Assembly (NCBI GenBank): GCA_016719485.1
Contig: JADJZB010000002.1
Coordinates: 262,346 to 326,345, forward strand
DNA from: Holophagales bacterium
GTDB lineage: Bacteria; Acidobacteriota; Thermoanaerobaculia; UBA5066
Reading direction: 5' to 3'
DNA: 64,000 bases
Within the stretch, counting starts at the first letter, position 1, and the number at the start of each line of letters is the position of its first letter. A model generated the notes under the pieces. The model made no database searches, was not told the DNA's origin, and saw only the letters and a list, made by a program, of their open reading frames with translations. Position numbers and translations under genes: made by a program. Below are positions 56,792-64,000 of this stretch, in pieces.

Positions 56792-57543
56792 CGCCGCGCG
56801 CCGCCTTCGTCCTCGCCAGAGGGGTCCAGGAAGAGCTTCGGCACGTCCTCGCGCAGGATGATCAGACGCTGAAGCGATCGCACGACCTCGACCATCTCGA
56901 GGCTTCTCACGAAGGCGTCGTCCCGATCGATCCGGTATCGCATCCCGTCCGTGCGATGTGTCAGGACGTCTCCCCTGCGCAGTCCGGACGGATCCCAGAG
57001 GTCGTCCTGGGAGACCGTCGTTTCGTCGAATCGATCGAGCAGACCCTCGAGAGATCCCCGCGCCCGCCCCAGGACCAGCGGGACACGCGCCAGTTCATCG
57101 AACTGGAAGACCCGCGGAGGCGCGGAGTTCCGTCCGACCTCGATACGAAAACGGCGTGGCTTGGCGTCCCCCAGGACGTCGACGTGGTATTCGCTGACGT
57201 CCAGCGAAAGGGCCTCGCGGCAAACCTTCCGGATGATCCCGATCTCTTCTTCCGAGAGGACCTTCTTCTTCACCTTCCGGACGCCCTCGTAGGTCTTCAC
57301 GAGGACGAGGGTGCCATCCCGGTAGAGGGAGAGCCTGTCCTTGCCCGCTCCCTGCTCGACGTCGAGAGAGGCCACCAGAGTCTTGTCTTCCGGGCGGGGT
57401 GTCGGTATCGGGAGCGCCGTTGCGGTCGAATCCACGAACCCGTTCCGCGGCGCCTCCACGGCGGTGGGTGTCGCCGGGACGGCTCGTTCCGGATCGAGGG
57501 CCAGCGCCAGAGCCAGCAGCAGGAACGTCGTCACCGCGGGCAC
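56788..57543 (-). CDS. Hypothetical exported protein.
   Basis: Signal-like start (VPAVTTFLLLALALAL) from a GTG at 57543, avoiding overlap with the upstream nucleotidyltransferase. Protein-like composition. Its end overlaps the rsmD start by 4 nt. Confidence 0.45.
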   Translation of the reverse strand: MPAVTTFLLLALALALDPERAVPATPTAVEAPRNGFVDSTATALPIPTPRPEDKTLVASLDVEQGAGKDRLSLYRDGTLVLVKTYEGVRKVKKKVLSEEEIGIIRKVCREALSLDVSEYHVDVLGDAKPRRFRIEVGRNSAPPRVFQFDELARVPLVLGRARGSLEGLLDRFDETTVSQDDLWDPSGLRRGDVLTHRTDGMRYRIDRDDAFVRSLEMVEVVRSLQRLIILREDVPKLFLDPSGEDEGGARR

Positions 57544-58430
57544 CCCGCGGTACGCCGGAGAGCCCGGGAGAAGTTGAGCCGCACAGCGACCCGCGCCCGC
57601 AAGGCCGGATCTGCGGGCGCCAGGAGCCTGGCCCAGGCCTCGTCTGCAGACAAGGCCCCGGGATGATTCCAGGCGCCAGTGAGCGAGGCCCCCCAACCCT
57701 CCACGACCACGTCGAGGACGCCGAGGCGCCCGAGGAGCTCAACGGCCACGCCCCGATTCTCCTCCGAGAGGACCTCCTGGAGCGCCCTCCGGAGCCGATC
57801 GCCGGATATCCGCTGGAAGGCGCCGCTCTCGACTCCGATGCGAAGGGCCGCAGCGAAGCCCGGGTCGAGCCCGAAGCCGAGTCGCGCCGCGTAGCGCACG
57901 GCCCTCAGAGCCCGTGTCGGATCGTCCGCCAGAGAGCCCTCGTGCAGCAGCCGGAGGTTCTTCCGCTCGAGGTCCCTCTCGCCGCCGAAAGGGTCGAGGA
58001 GCATCGCTTCGAGCCCCGGGCCGGAGAAACGGTACGCCATCGCGTGAATGGTGAAGTCCCTTCGGGCGAGGTCCCGGGCGATGGGCGCACCGGCCTTCAC
58101 GACGGGAAGAGCCCCCGGGTACGGATAGTGCTCGTCCCGCGTCGCGGCGACATCGACCCGCCTTCCGTCCGGCCCTTGCAGAGTCGCCGTCCCGAAGCGA
58201 TCGTGGCGGGCCTCGACGATCCACCCCGCTTCTGCGGTGAGCGCCGCGACGAACCCCGCTGCCGCGCTCACCGGCCCCTCGAGGGCGACATCCACGTCGA
58301 CGGGCGGCCGTCGCAGCAGGAGGTCGCGGACGGCGCCGCCTACGAGATAGGCTTCGCGTCCCGCCGTCCGGGCGGCACGGGCGAGCGGGCCGAGGAGGGG
58401 CGCGATGGATCCGGCATCCCGCTCGCTCAC
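57531..58430 (-). CDS. tRNA nucleotidyltransferase / poly(A) polymerase family protein (CCA-adding enzyme head-domain class).
   Basis: Pol-beta nucleotidyltransferase motif (AYLVGGAVRDLLLRRPPVDVDVAL) and ...RDFTIHAMAY.... The GTG start overlaps the dnaE stop (GTGA on the minus strand). Only about 299 aa. Confidence 0.75.
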   Translation of the reverse strand: MSERDAGSIAPLLGPLARAARTAGREAYLVGGAVRDLLLRRPPVDVDVALEGPVSAAAGFVAALTAEAGWIVEARHDRFGTATLQGPDGRRVDVAATRDEHYPYPGALPVVKAGAPIARDLARRDFTIHAMAYRFSGPGLEAMLLDPFGGERDLERKNLRLLHEGSLADDPTRALRAVRYAARLGFGLDPGFAAALRIGVESGAFQRISGDRLRRALQEVLSEENRGVAVELLGRLGVLDVVVEGWGASLTGAWNHPGALSADEAWARLLAPADPALRARVAVRLNFSRALRRTAGCPR

Positions 58431-61400
58431 GAGTGGTCGTAGACGAAGCGGACCGAGCCCGGTCCGAGAAGCCTCTCCAGCGCCTTCGTCATCTCCGGTG
58501 TCGGTCGAACCGCCAGCCGTCCGGCGGCTCGTACCGTGACTTCCCAGTGGCCGGCTCGACGCACGGCCAGCGACACCGGCACCGAGCCCGGAGACGACTC
58601 CAGGATCTCGCGGACCGAAACGAACGTCTCGTCGAGGGTTCCCGGCAGCGGGGTCGTCAGGCGGACCGCGCAGGCCGCGGCCTCGCGCATCCCCTCGAGC
58701 GCCTGGATCTCGCGGGCGATGATCTCGACCGGCACGACGCCACCTCCCTCTTCGGGTTCCGCGGCGCCCGGAGCGGACGACGAACGAACGATGCCCGAGA
58801 CCAGGACGGGTCGCCCCTCGGCCAGCCAGGGACCAGTCCGCTCGAGGAGCGACGCGAAGATCGTGACCGGGACGGAGCCCGTCAGGTCTTCGAGGACGCC
58901 CTTGGCCATCATCTTCCCCTCGTTCTGCCCCTTCTTGATCTGCGTCTTCTTGAGCGATGCGAGGAGGGCGACGATCTTCACGTTCTGGTCGACCTTTGCC
59001 GCCGCGTTCTCGGCCGTCACGTCGCCGAAGAGACCGATTTCCTCCTCGAAGCGGGCGAGCGGATGCCCGGTGATGTAGAACCCGAGAGTCTCCTTCTCGT
59101 ACCGGATCCGCTCGTCCGGGGACCACTCGGGGAGGTCCGGGAACCGATCGGCGTGGTCGTGGGAGGCCTCGTCACCGAAGAGCCCTCCCTGACCCGAGTC
59201 GTTCGATTTTCGCTCCGCGGTGGCCACGTCCATGGCGGAGTCGACTCCGGCGGTGAGCGATGCACGGCTCTTCCCGAGCGAGTCGAACGAACCCGAACGG
59301 ATCAGCGCCTCGATGACCTTTCTGTTGTTCAACCGCACGTTGACACGGCAGCAGAAGTCGGTGAGACCGGCGAACGGGCCGTCTGCGGCCCGCGCCTGGA
59401 GTACCGAGTTCACGGCCCCCTCGCCGACCCCCTTGACGGCACCCAGCCCGAACCGAATGGCCTCGCCGTCGGGAGTGAACGACAGCTGGGACGTGTTCAC
59501 GTCGGGCGGGAGGACCGGGATCCTCATCTCGCGGCAGGCGTTGACGTACTTCACGACGTCCTCGGACTTGCCGGAGGCTGCCGTCAGCGTCGCCGCCATG
59601 AAATCCACCGGAAAGTGGACCTTCATCCACGCGGTCTGATAGGCGAGAAGGGCGTAGACGACGGAGTGCGACTTGTTGAATCCGTATCGGCCGAAGGGGA
59701 GGATCAGCTCCCAGAGCTCCTCGGCCTTCTTCTTCTGGACGCCGTTCGCCACCGACTTCTTGACGAACTTCTCCCCCTCGGCCTTCAGGAGCGCCTCGTC
59801 CTTCTTTCCGATCGCCTTTCGAAGCTTGTCCGCCTCTCCCGGGGTATAGCCGGCGACGGCCCGCGCGGCGAGCATCACCTGCTCCTGGTAAACGAGGACG
59901 CCGTGCGTCTCCTTCAGCAGGGGTTCGAGCTGCGGAAGCGGGTACTCGTACTTCTTGCCGCGCCGTCTCTCGATGTAGACCTCGACGGTTCCGGCGTCGA
60001 GCGCTCCGGGCCTGTAGAGGGCGTTCAGCGCCGCCAGGTCGCTGAAGACGCTCGGCTGGACGCGCCGCAGAAGGTCCCGCATTCCCGACGACTCGAACTG
60101 GAAGATGCCGTCGGTCCGTCCTTCCGAGAAGAGGCGGAATGCCTCCGGGTCGTTCAGTGGAATCGTGGAAAGGTCGACTTTTCGCCCGGTCCTTCTCCCG
60201 GCCGATTTCACCGCGTCATCGAGGATCGTCAGCGTGATGAGACCGAGGAAGTCCATCTTCAGGAGCCCCATCCTGTCGACGGACTTCATCTCGAACTGGG
60301 TGGTGATCTCGTCGTTGTTGTTCTTGTAGAGAGGGAGGTACTCGACGAGGGGCCGTGGCGCGATGAGGACCCCGGCCGCGTGGACTCCCGCGTGTCGTGA
60401 GACGCCTTCGAGCCGCTCTCCGAGGTCGAAGAGCTTGCGGTAGGCCTCGTTTCCGGCGAGCGTGTCGGCGAGCTCCTTCACGCTGTGCCGCGCTTCGCTC
60501 AGCGTCACCGGCTTGCCCGGGTTCGCCGGAATCATCGCGCAGAGCTTGTTCACCTCGGCGAGCGGCACGTCCAGGGCCCGCCCGACGTCGCGGATCACGG
60601 CCCGCGCCTTCATCGAGTTGAACGTGATGATCTGGCCGACGTTGTCCTTGCCGTACTTCTTCCGGACGTACTCGATGACCTCGCCGCGCCGGCGCTCGCA
60701 GAGGTCCACGTCGATGTCGGGCATCGAGATCCGGTCGGGGTTGAGGAACCGTTCGAACAGCAGGTCGTAACGAAGCGGGTCGACCTCGGTGATCCCGAGC
60801 GTCCAGGCGACGAGGGACCCGGCGGCGCTCCCGCGCCCCGGCCCGACCGGGATCCCCTCGTCCTTGGCGAACTTGATGAAGTCCCAGACGATCAGGAAGT
60901 AGGCCGAGAGCCCCATCTTCTTGATGACCGACAGCTCCCACTCGAGCCGGTCGTCGTAGTCCTTGCGCGGGTGCTTCGTCCGGCCCGCGGCGATGAGCTC
61001 GGCGATCGGCGCGAGGCGCCGCTCGAGTCCGTCGCCGGCGAGGTTCTCGAGGTACTCGTCGGGACCGCCCGCCTCCTCGGGGAGGGGGAACGTCGGGAGC
61101 TTCAGGCTGGTGTCGACGATGACCTTCGGCGCCACCCGGTCCGCGATGGCGGCGGAGTTCTTCACGGCCTCGAGAGACCAGGGCCGGAACGTCTCGGTCA
61201 TCTCCCCGGGGTTCTTCACGTAGAACTCCGAGTTGTAGAACCTCATCCGCCGGGTGTCGTTGACGGTCTTTCCCATGCCGATGCACAGGAGGACGTCCTG
61301 GGCTTCCGCGTCGTCCCTCTGGAGGTAGTGGGCGTCGTTCGTGGCGACGACGGGGATCCCGGTCTCCCGCGAAAGGCGCAGGAGGTCGGGCATGAGCTGC

Positions 61401-61966
61401 CGCTGCACCGGAAGACCGTGGTCCATCAGCTCGATGAAGTAGCGGTCCTTCCCGAAGAGGGTCTGATATCTGACGGCCGTGTCCTTCGCGCCGGCGAAGT
61501 CTCCCGCGAGAAGCCGCTGGGAGACCTCGGACTTCACGCAACCCGACAGCGCGATGAGGCCGTCGTGGTGCTTCTCGAGGAGCTCCCAGTCCATGCGGGG
61601 CTTGTAGTAGAAGCCCGTCAGGAACGCCTCGCTCACGAGGTACGAGAGGTTTCGGTAGCCCTCCGGCGTCTCGGCGAGGAGCGTGAGGTGGTAGTTCCTC
61701 CCCTCGCCGTCGACCGTCTTCACCGCCTCGCGGTCGTGGCGGGAGCCCGGGGCGATGTAGGCCTCGACGCCGAGGATCGGCTTCAGGCCGTGCTCGAGCG
61801 CTTCCGACTGGATCTCGAACGCCCCGAACATGTTCCCATGGTCGGTCACGGCCACCGAGGTCATGCCGTTCTTCAGGACGTGCCTGATCAGGTCCTTCGT
61901 CCGGTTCGCGCCGTCGAGGAGCGAGTACTGGGTGTGCAGGTGCAGGTGGACGAAGTCGGACGACAT
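58427..61966 (-). CDS. dnaE: DNA polymerase III subunit alpha.
   Basis: PHP domain (FVHLHLHTQYSLLDG), palm/fingers motifs, and an OB-fold. 1179 aa. Confidence 0.95.
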   Translation of the reverse strand: MSSDFVHLHLHTQYSLLDGANRTKDLIRHVLKNGMTSVAVTDHGNMFGAFEIQSEALEHGLKPILGVEAYIAPGSRHDREAVKTVDGEGRNYHLTLLAETPEGYRNLSYLVSEAFLTGFYYKPRMDWELLEKHHDGLIALSGCVKSEVSQRLLAGDFAGAKDTAVRYQTLFGKDRYFIELMDHGLPVQRQLMPDLLRLSRETGIPVVATNDAHYLQRDDAEAQDVLLCIGMGKTVNDTRRMRFYNSEFYVKNPGEMTETFRPWSLEAVKNSAAIADRVAPKVIVDTSLKLPTFPLPEEAGGPDEYLENLAGDGLERRLAPIAELIAAGRTKHPRKDYDDRLEWELSVIKKMGLSAYFLIVWDFIKFAKDEGIPVGPGRGSAAGSLVAWTLGITEVDPLRYDLLFERFLNPDRISMPDIDVDLCERRRGEVIEYVRKKYGKDNVGQIITFNSMKARAVIRDVGRALDVPLAEVNKLCAMIPANPGKPVTLSEARHSVKELADTLAGNEAYRKLFDLGERLEGVSRHAGVHAAGVLIAPRPLVEYLPLYKNNNDEITTQFEMKSVDRMGLLKMDFLGLITLTILDDAVKSAGRRTGRKVDLSTIPLNDPEAFRLFSEGRTDGIFQFESSGMRDLLRRVQPSVFSDLAALNALYRPGALDAGTVEVYIERRRGKKYEYPLPQLEPLLKETHGVLVYQEQVMLAARAVAGYTPGEADKLRKAIGKKDEALLKAEGEKFVKKSVANGVQKKKAEELWELILPFGRYGFNKSHSVVYALLAYQTAWMKVHFPVDFMAATLTAASGKSEDVVKYVNACREMRIPVLPPDVNTSQLSFTPDGEAIRFGLGAVKGVGEGAVNSVLQARAADGPFAGLTDFCCRVNVRLNNRKVIEALIRSGSFDSLGKSRASLTAGVDSAMDVATAERKSNDSGQGGLFGDEASHDHADRFPDLPEWSPDERIRYEKETLGFYITGHPLARFEEEIGLFGDVTAENAAAKVDQNVKIVALLASLKKTQIKKGQNEGKMMAKGVLEDLTGSVPVTIFASLLERTGPWLAEGRPVLVSGIVRSSSAPGAAEPEEGGGVVPVEIIAREIQALEGMREAAACAVRLTTPLPGTLDETFVSVREILESSPGSVPVSLAVRRAGHWEVTVRAAGRLAVRPTPEMTKALERLLGPGSVRFVYDHS

Positions 61967-62028
61967 GCCAGCCGGATTCTAGGGGCGTCCCCGCCCGAAT
62001 CGACGGAGATCGAACGCCGATCGGGCGC

Positions 62029-62370
62029 CTACTTCGACGGTTCCGTCCCGGACACGGCCGAGTCGAGCCTCCATCCCCCGCGCAGGCTCGTCGCGCCGCA
62101 GTACGTCTTCGTACAGCGGACGTCGTTGAGACAGTCGAGGACCACCGAGCAGGCGTCGTTCGCCGTCGAGCCTTCCGCCACGTCCACGTTCTGCGTGCAC
62201 TTTCCGGAGTAGGCCCTGTGCGTGAATACGCAGGTCGCCTTCGCGGAAGCCTGCCGGGTTCCTGCCGGCGTCTCGTGCTGCCCGGCCGCTGCACCGGGGA
62301 CCATCACGGCTGCGAGGGACACCGCTAGAGCGAGGGACGCTGTGGAGTTCGCCGTCGGCCCGAATCTCAT
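62029..62370 (-). CDS. Small secreted cysteine-rich protein (hypothetical).
   Basis: 113-aa ORF starting MRFGPTANSTASLALAVSLAAVMVPGAAAG (signal peptide), then a mature region of about 84 aa with 6 Cys. High GC3 frame. The start is set at the ATG downstream of the RRM gene. Confidence 0.5.
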   Translation of the reverse strand: MRFGPTANSTASLALAVSLAAVMVPGAAAGQHETPAGTRQASAKATCVFTHRAYSGKCTQNVDVAEGSTANDACSVVLDCLNDVRCTKTYCGATSLRGGWRLDSAVSGTEPSK

Positions 62371-62449
62371 GGGGACTTCCTTCCGCCGGGTGAGTCGGCT
62401 CCGTACCGATGCACCCGGCAGAGGGAAGTGTAGGGGTTCCCGGAAAGAA

Positions 62450-62797
62450 CTAGTACCGGCCGCGGCCGCCACCGCCGCCGCCGCCGTAGCCACCACCGCC
62501 GTAACCGCCGCCGCCGCCGTAGCCACCACGGCCACCGCCGCCGCCGCCGGTACGGGCCTCCTGGGGGCGAGCCTCGTTCACGCGGAGGGTCCGGCCGCCC
62601 TGCTCCTGGCCGTTGAGGGCGCTCATGGCGCTCTGGGCGTCGCTGTCGTTCATCTCGACGAAGCCGAATCCCTTCGACTGTCCGGAGTCCCGGTCGGACA
62701 CCACGCGGGCCGAGTGGACCTCGCCGAAGGCCTCGAAGAGGCCGCGGAGCATGCTGTCATCAGCGGTGTAGGGGAGGTTTCCGACGTAAAGCTTCAT
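62450..62797 (-). CDS. RNA-binding protein with one RRM domain and a Gly/Tyr/Arg-rich C-terminal tail.
   Basis: RNP2 (KLYVGNL) and RNP1 (KGFGFVEM) motifs, then the tail GGGGGGRGGYGGGGGYGGGG.... 115 aa. Confidence 0.85.
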   Translation of the reverse strand: MKLYVGNLPYTADDSMLRGLFEAFGEVHSARVVSDRDSGQSKGFGFVEMNDSDAQSAMSALNGQEQGGRTLRVNEARPQEARTGGGGGGRGGYGGGGGYGGGGYGGGGGGGRGRY

Positions 62798-63033
62798 TCT
62801 CGTTCTCTGGATCCTTGGTCAGTGCGCGCCGAAGCGGGCGGGGTTCTGGAAGTCGGCGCGACCTCGAGCCGACGGGGAACGTCTCGTCACCGTCCTCACC
62901 GCCGGTCGGAGTCGGAACGGATCTCTTTCAGCACAACATGCCTTCGACCAGAAGTCAACGCCCTGTCTCCCGCTGCAGTCCTGCAGTCGTTCCGGGAAAC
63001 CTGTCCTCGCAGAACCGGCCCATTGGCGGCGGA

Positions 63034-64000
63034 TCACTCCCACTCGATGGTCGCGGGGGGCTTCGACGTGACGTCGTAGACGACCCTGTTCACGCCTCGG
63101 ACTTCCCCCACGATGCGCCGCGCCACTCGGTCGAGAAGGTCGTGGGGCAGGCGCGCCCAGTCGGCGGTCATGTAGTCGACGGTCGTCACCGCCCTCAGCG
63201 CCGCGACGTTCTCGTAGGTTCGCCCGTCCCCCATCACGCCGACGGACTGGACCGGCAGGAGGACCGCGAACGCCTGCGCCGTCCGGTCGTAGTCCCCCGA
63301 GGCCCGAAGCTCCTCGATGAAGATCGCGTCCGCCTCCTGGAGGATCCGCACCCTCTCGCGCGTGATCTCCCCCGGGATCCTCACGGCGAGCCCGGGTCCC
63401 GGGAACGGGTGGCGGTACAGCATCTCCCGGGGAATCCCGAGCTCCTCGCCCAGCCGCCGGACCTCGTCCTTGAAGAGCTCGCGAAGCGGCTCTATGAGCT
63501 TGAAGCCCAGCTTTTCCGGGAGACCGCCGACGTTGTGATGCGTCTTGATGACCGCGGACGGTCCGTGGATCGAGACGGATTCGATGACGTCCGGGTAGAG
63601 CGTCCCCTGGGCGAGCCAGGCCGCCCCGTCCACGGCCGTCGCGTTCTCGGTGAAGGCGTCGATGAAGAGGCCCCCGATGACCTTCCGTTTCTTCTCGGGA
63701 TCGGTGACACCCGCCAGCGCCTCGAAGAACCGGTCGGAAGCGTCCACGCCCGTCACCGGCAGGCCGAGATGACGGAAGGACTCCATGACGTGCCGCCCCT
63801 CGTCCTTCCGCAGGAGGCCGGTGTCGACGAAGACACCGCGGAAACGCTCCCCCACCGCCTCCCGTATGAGAACCGCCGCGACCGTCGAATCGACGCCGCC
63901 GGACAGCCCGCCGAGGACGATCCCTTCCGTCACCGTCGCGCGGAGCTTCGCGACGGCAGAGTCCCGGAAGCTCGCCATCGTCCAGCGGGGCGCACAGCCG
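63034..64000 (-). CDS. guaA: GMP synthase (glutamine-hydrolysing), C-terminal ATP-pyrophosphatase/dimerisation part. The N-terminal part lies beyond the window end.
   Basis: PP-loop ([10 protein letters not shown]) and the conserved C-terminal ...[14 protein letters not shown]. The ORF runs off the 3' edge of the window on the minus strand. Confidence 0.85.
   Translation of the reverse strand, partial: GCAPRWTMASFRDSAVAKLRATVTEGIVLGGLSGGVDSTVAAVLIREAVGERFRGVFVDTGLLRKDEGRHVMESFRHLGLPVTGVDASDRFFEALAGVTDPEKKRKVIGGLFIDAFTENATAVDGAAWLAQGTLYPDVIESVSIHGPSAVIKTHHNVGGLPEKLGFKLIEPLRELFKDEVRRLGEELGIPREMLYRHPFPGPGLAVRIPGEITRERVRILQEADAIFIEELRASGDYDRTAQAFAVLLPVQSVGVMGDGRTYENVAALRAVTTVDYMTADWARLPHDLLDRVARRIVGEVRGVNRVVYDVTSKPPATIEWE

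Overview
This is a high-GC (about 65-72%) bacterial chromosomal segment, densely packed with housekeeping genes. Nearly every gene on the first 55 kb is on the + strand; the last 9 kb (metK to guaA) is on the - strand, converging at about 54,980. There are many 4-nt start/stop overlaps (GTGA/ATGA) and frequent GTG/TTG starts.

Recognisable content:
- ABC peptide permease tail, coaD, a divergent YbgC-like thioesterase, pabB-pabC, an SDR (thioester-reductase-like) gene plus an aldehyde dehydrogenase, and uvrC.
- A DUF4388/J-domain/TPR protein and a DUF4126 membrane protein.
- A type-A RNase P RNA (rnpB), followed by a poly-G tract and then a NYN (YacP-like) / LD-carboxypeptidase / cNMP-binding+FHA gene trio, then recG, a STAS protein and an M50 protease.
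- trpS, scpA, scpB, rluB, a frameshifted hisC, cmk, rpsA, an IHF/HU-like gene and a HIT gene.
- Two small membrane proteins, lpxB-msbA, yicC-gmk-rpoZ-coaBC, a family-4 UDG, priA, accA and recJ.
- A conserved LPS-transport/sigma-54/PTS-regulatory cluster: an LptC/LptA-like gene, lptB, a frameshifted rpoN, hpf, hprK, rapZ, EIIA(Man), HPr and ptsI.
- A cupin gene, a secreted hypothetical, miaB, a bifunctional nuclease, parA-parB, and a single-ORF LptF-LptG fusion.
- On the - strand: metK, rsmD, a secreted hypothetical, a CCA/poly(A)-polymerase-family gene, dnaE, a small 6-Cys secreted protein, an RRM protein and guaA (partial).

No CRISPR array, tRNA, rRNA or obvious mobile element was found.

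The assembly looks error-prone. There is a (G)10 plus (G)~41 homopolymer block with a duplicated rnpB 3' end, and there are single-nucleotide frameshifts in hisC and rpoN. No clearly novel defence or mobile system is visible. The most unusual items are the gene trio following rnpB, the DUF4388-DnaJ-TPR protein, the fused LptFG and LptC/A-like proteins, the SDR+ALDH pair and a small Cys-rich secreted protein.
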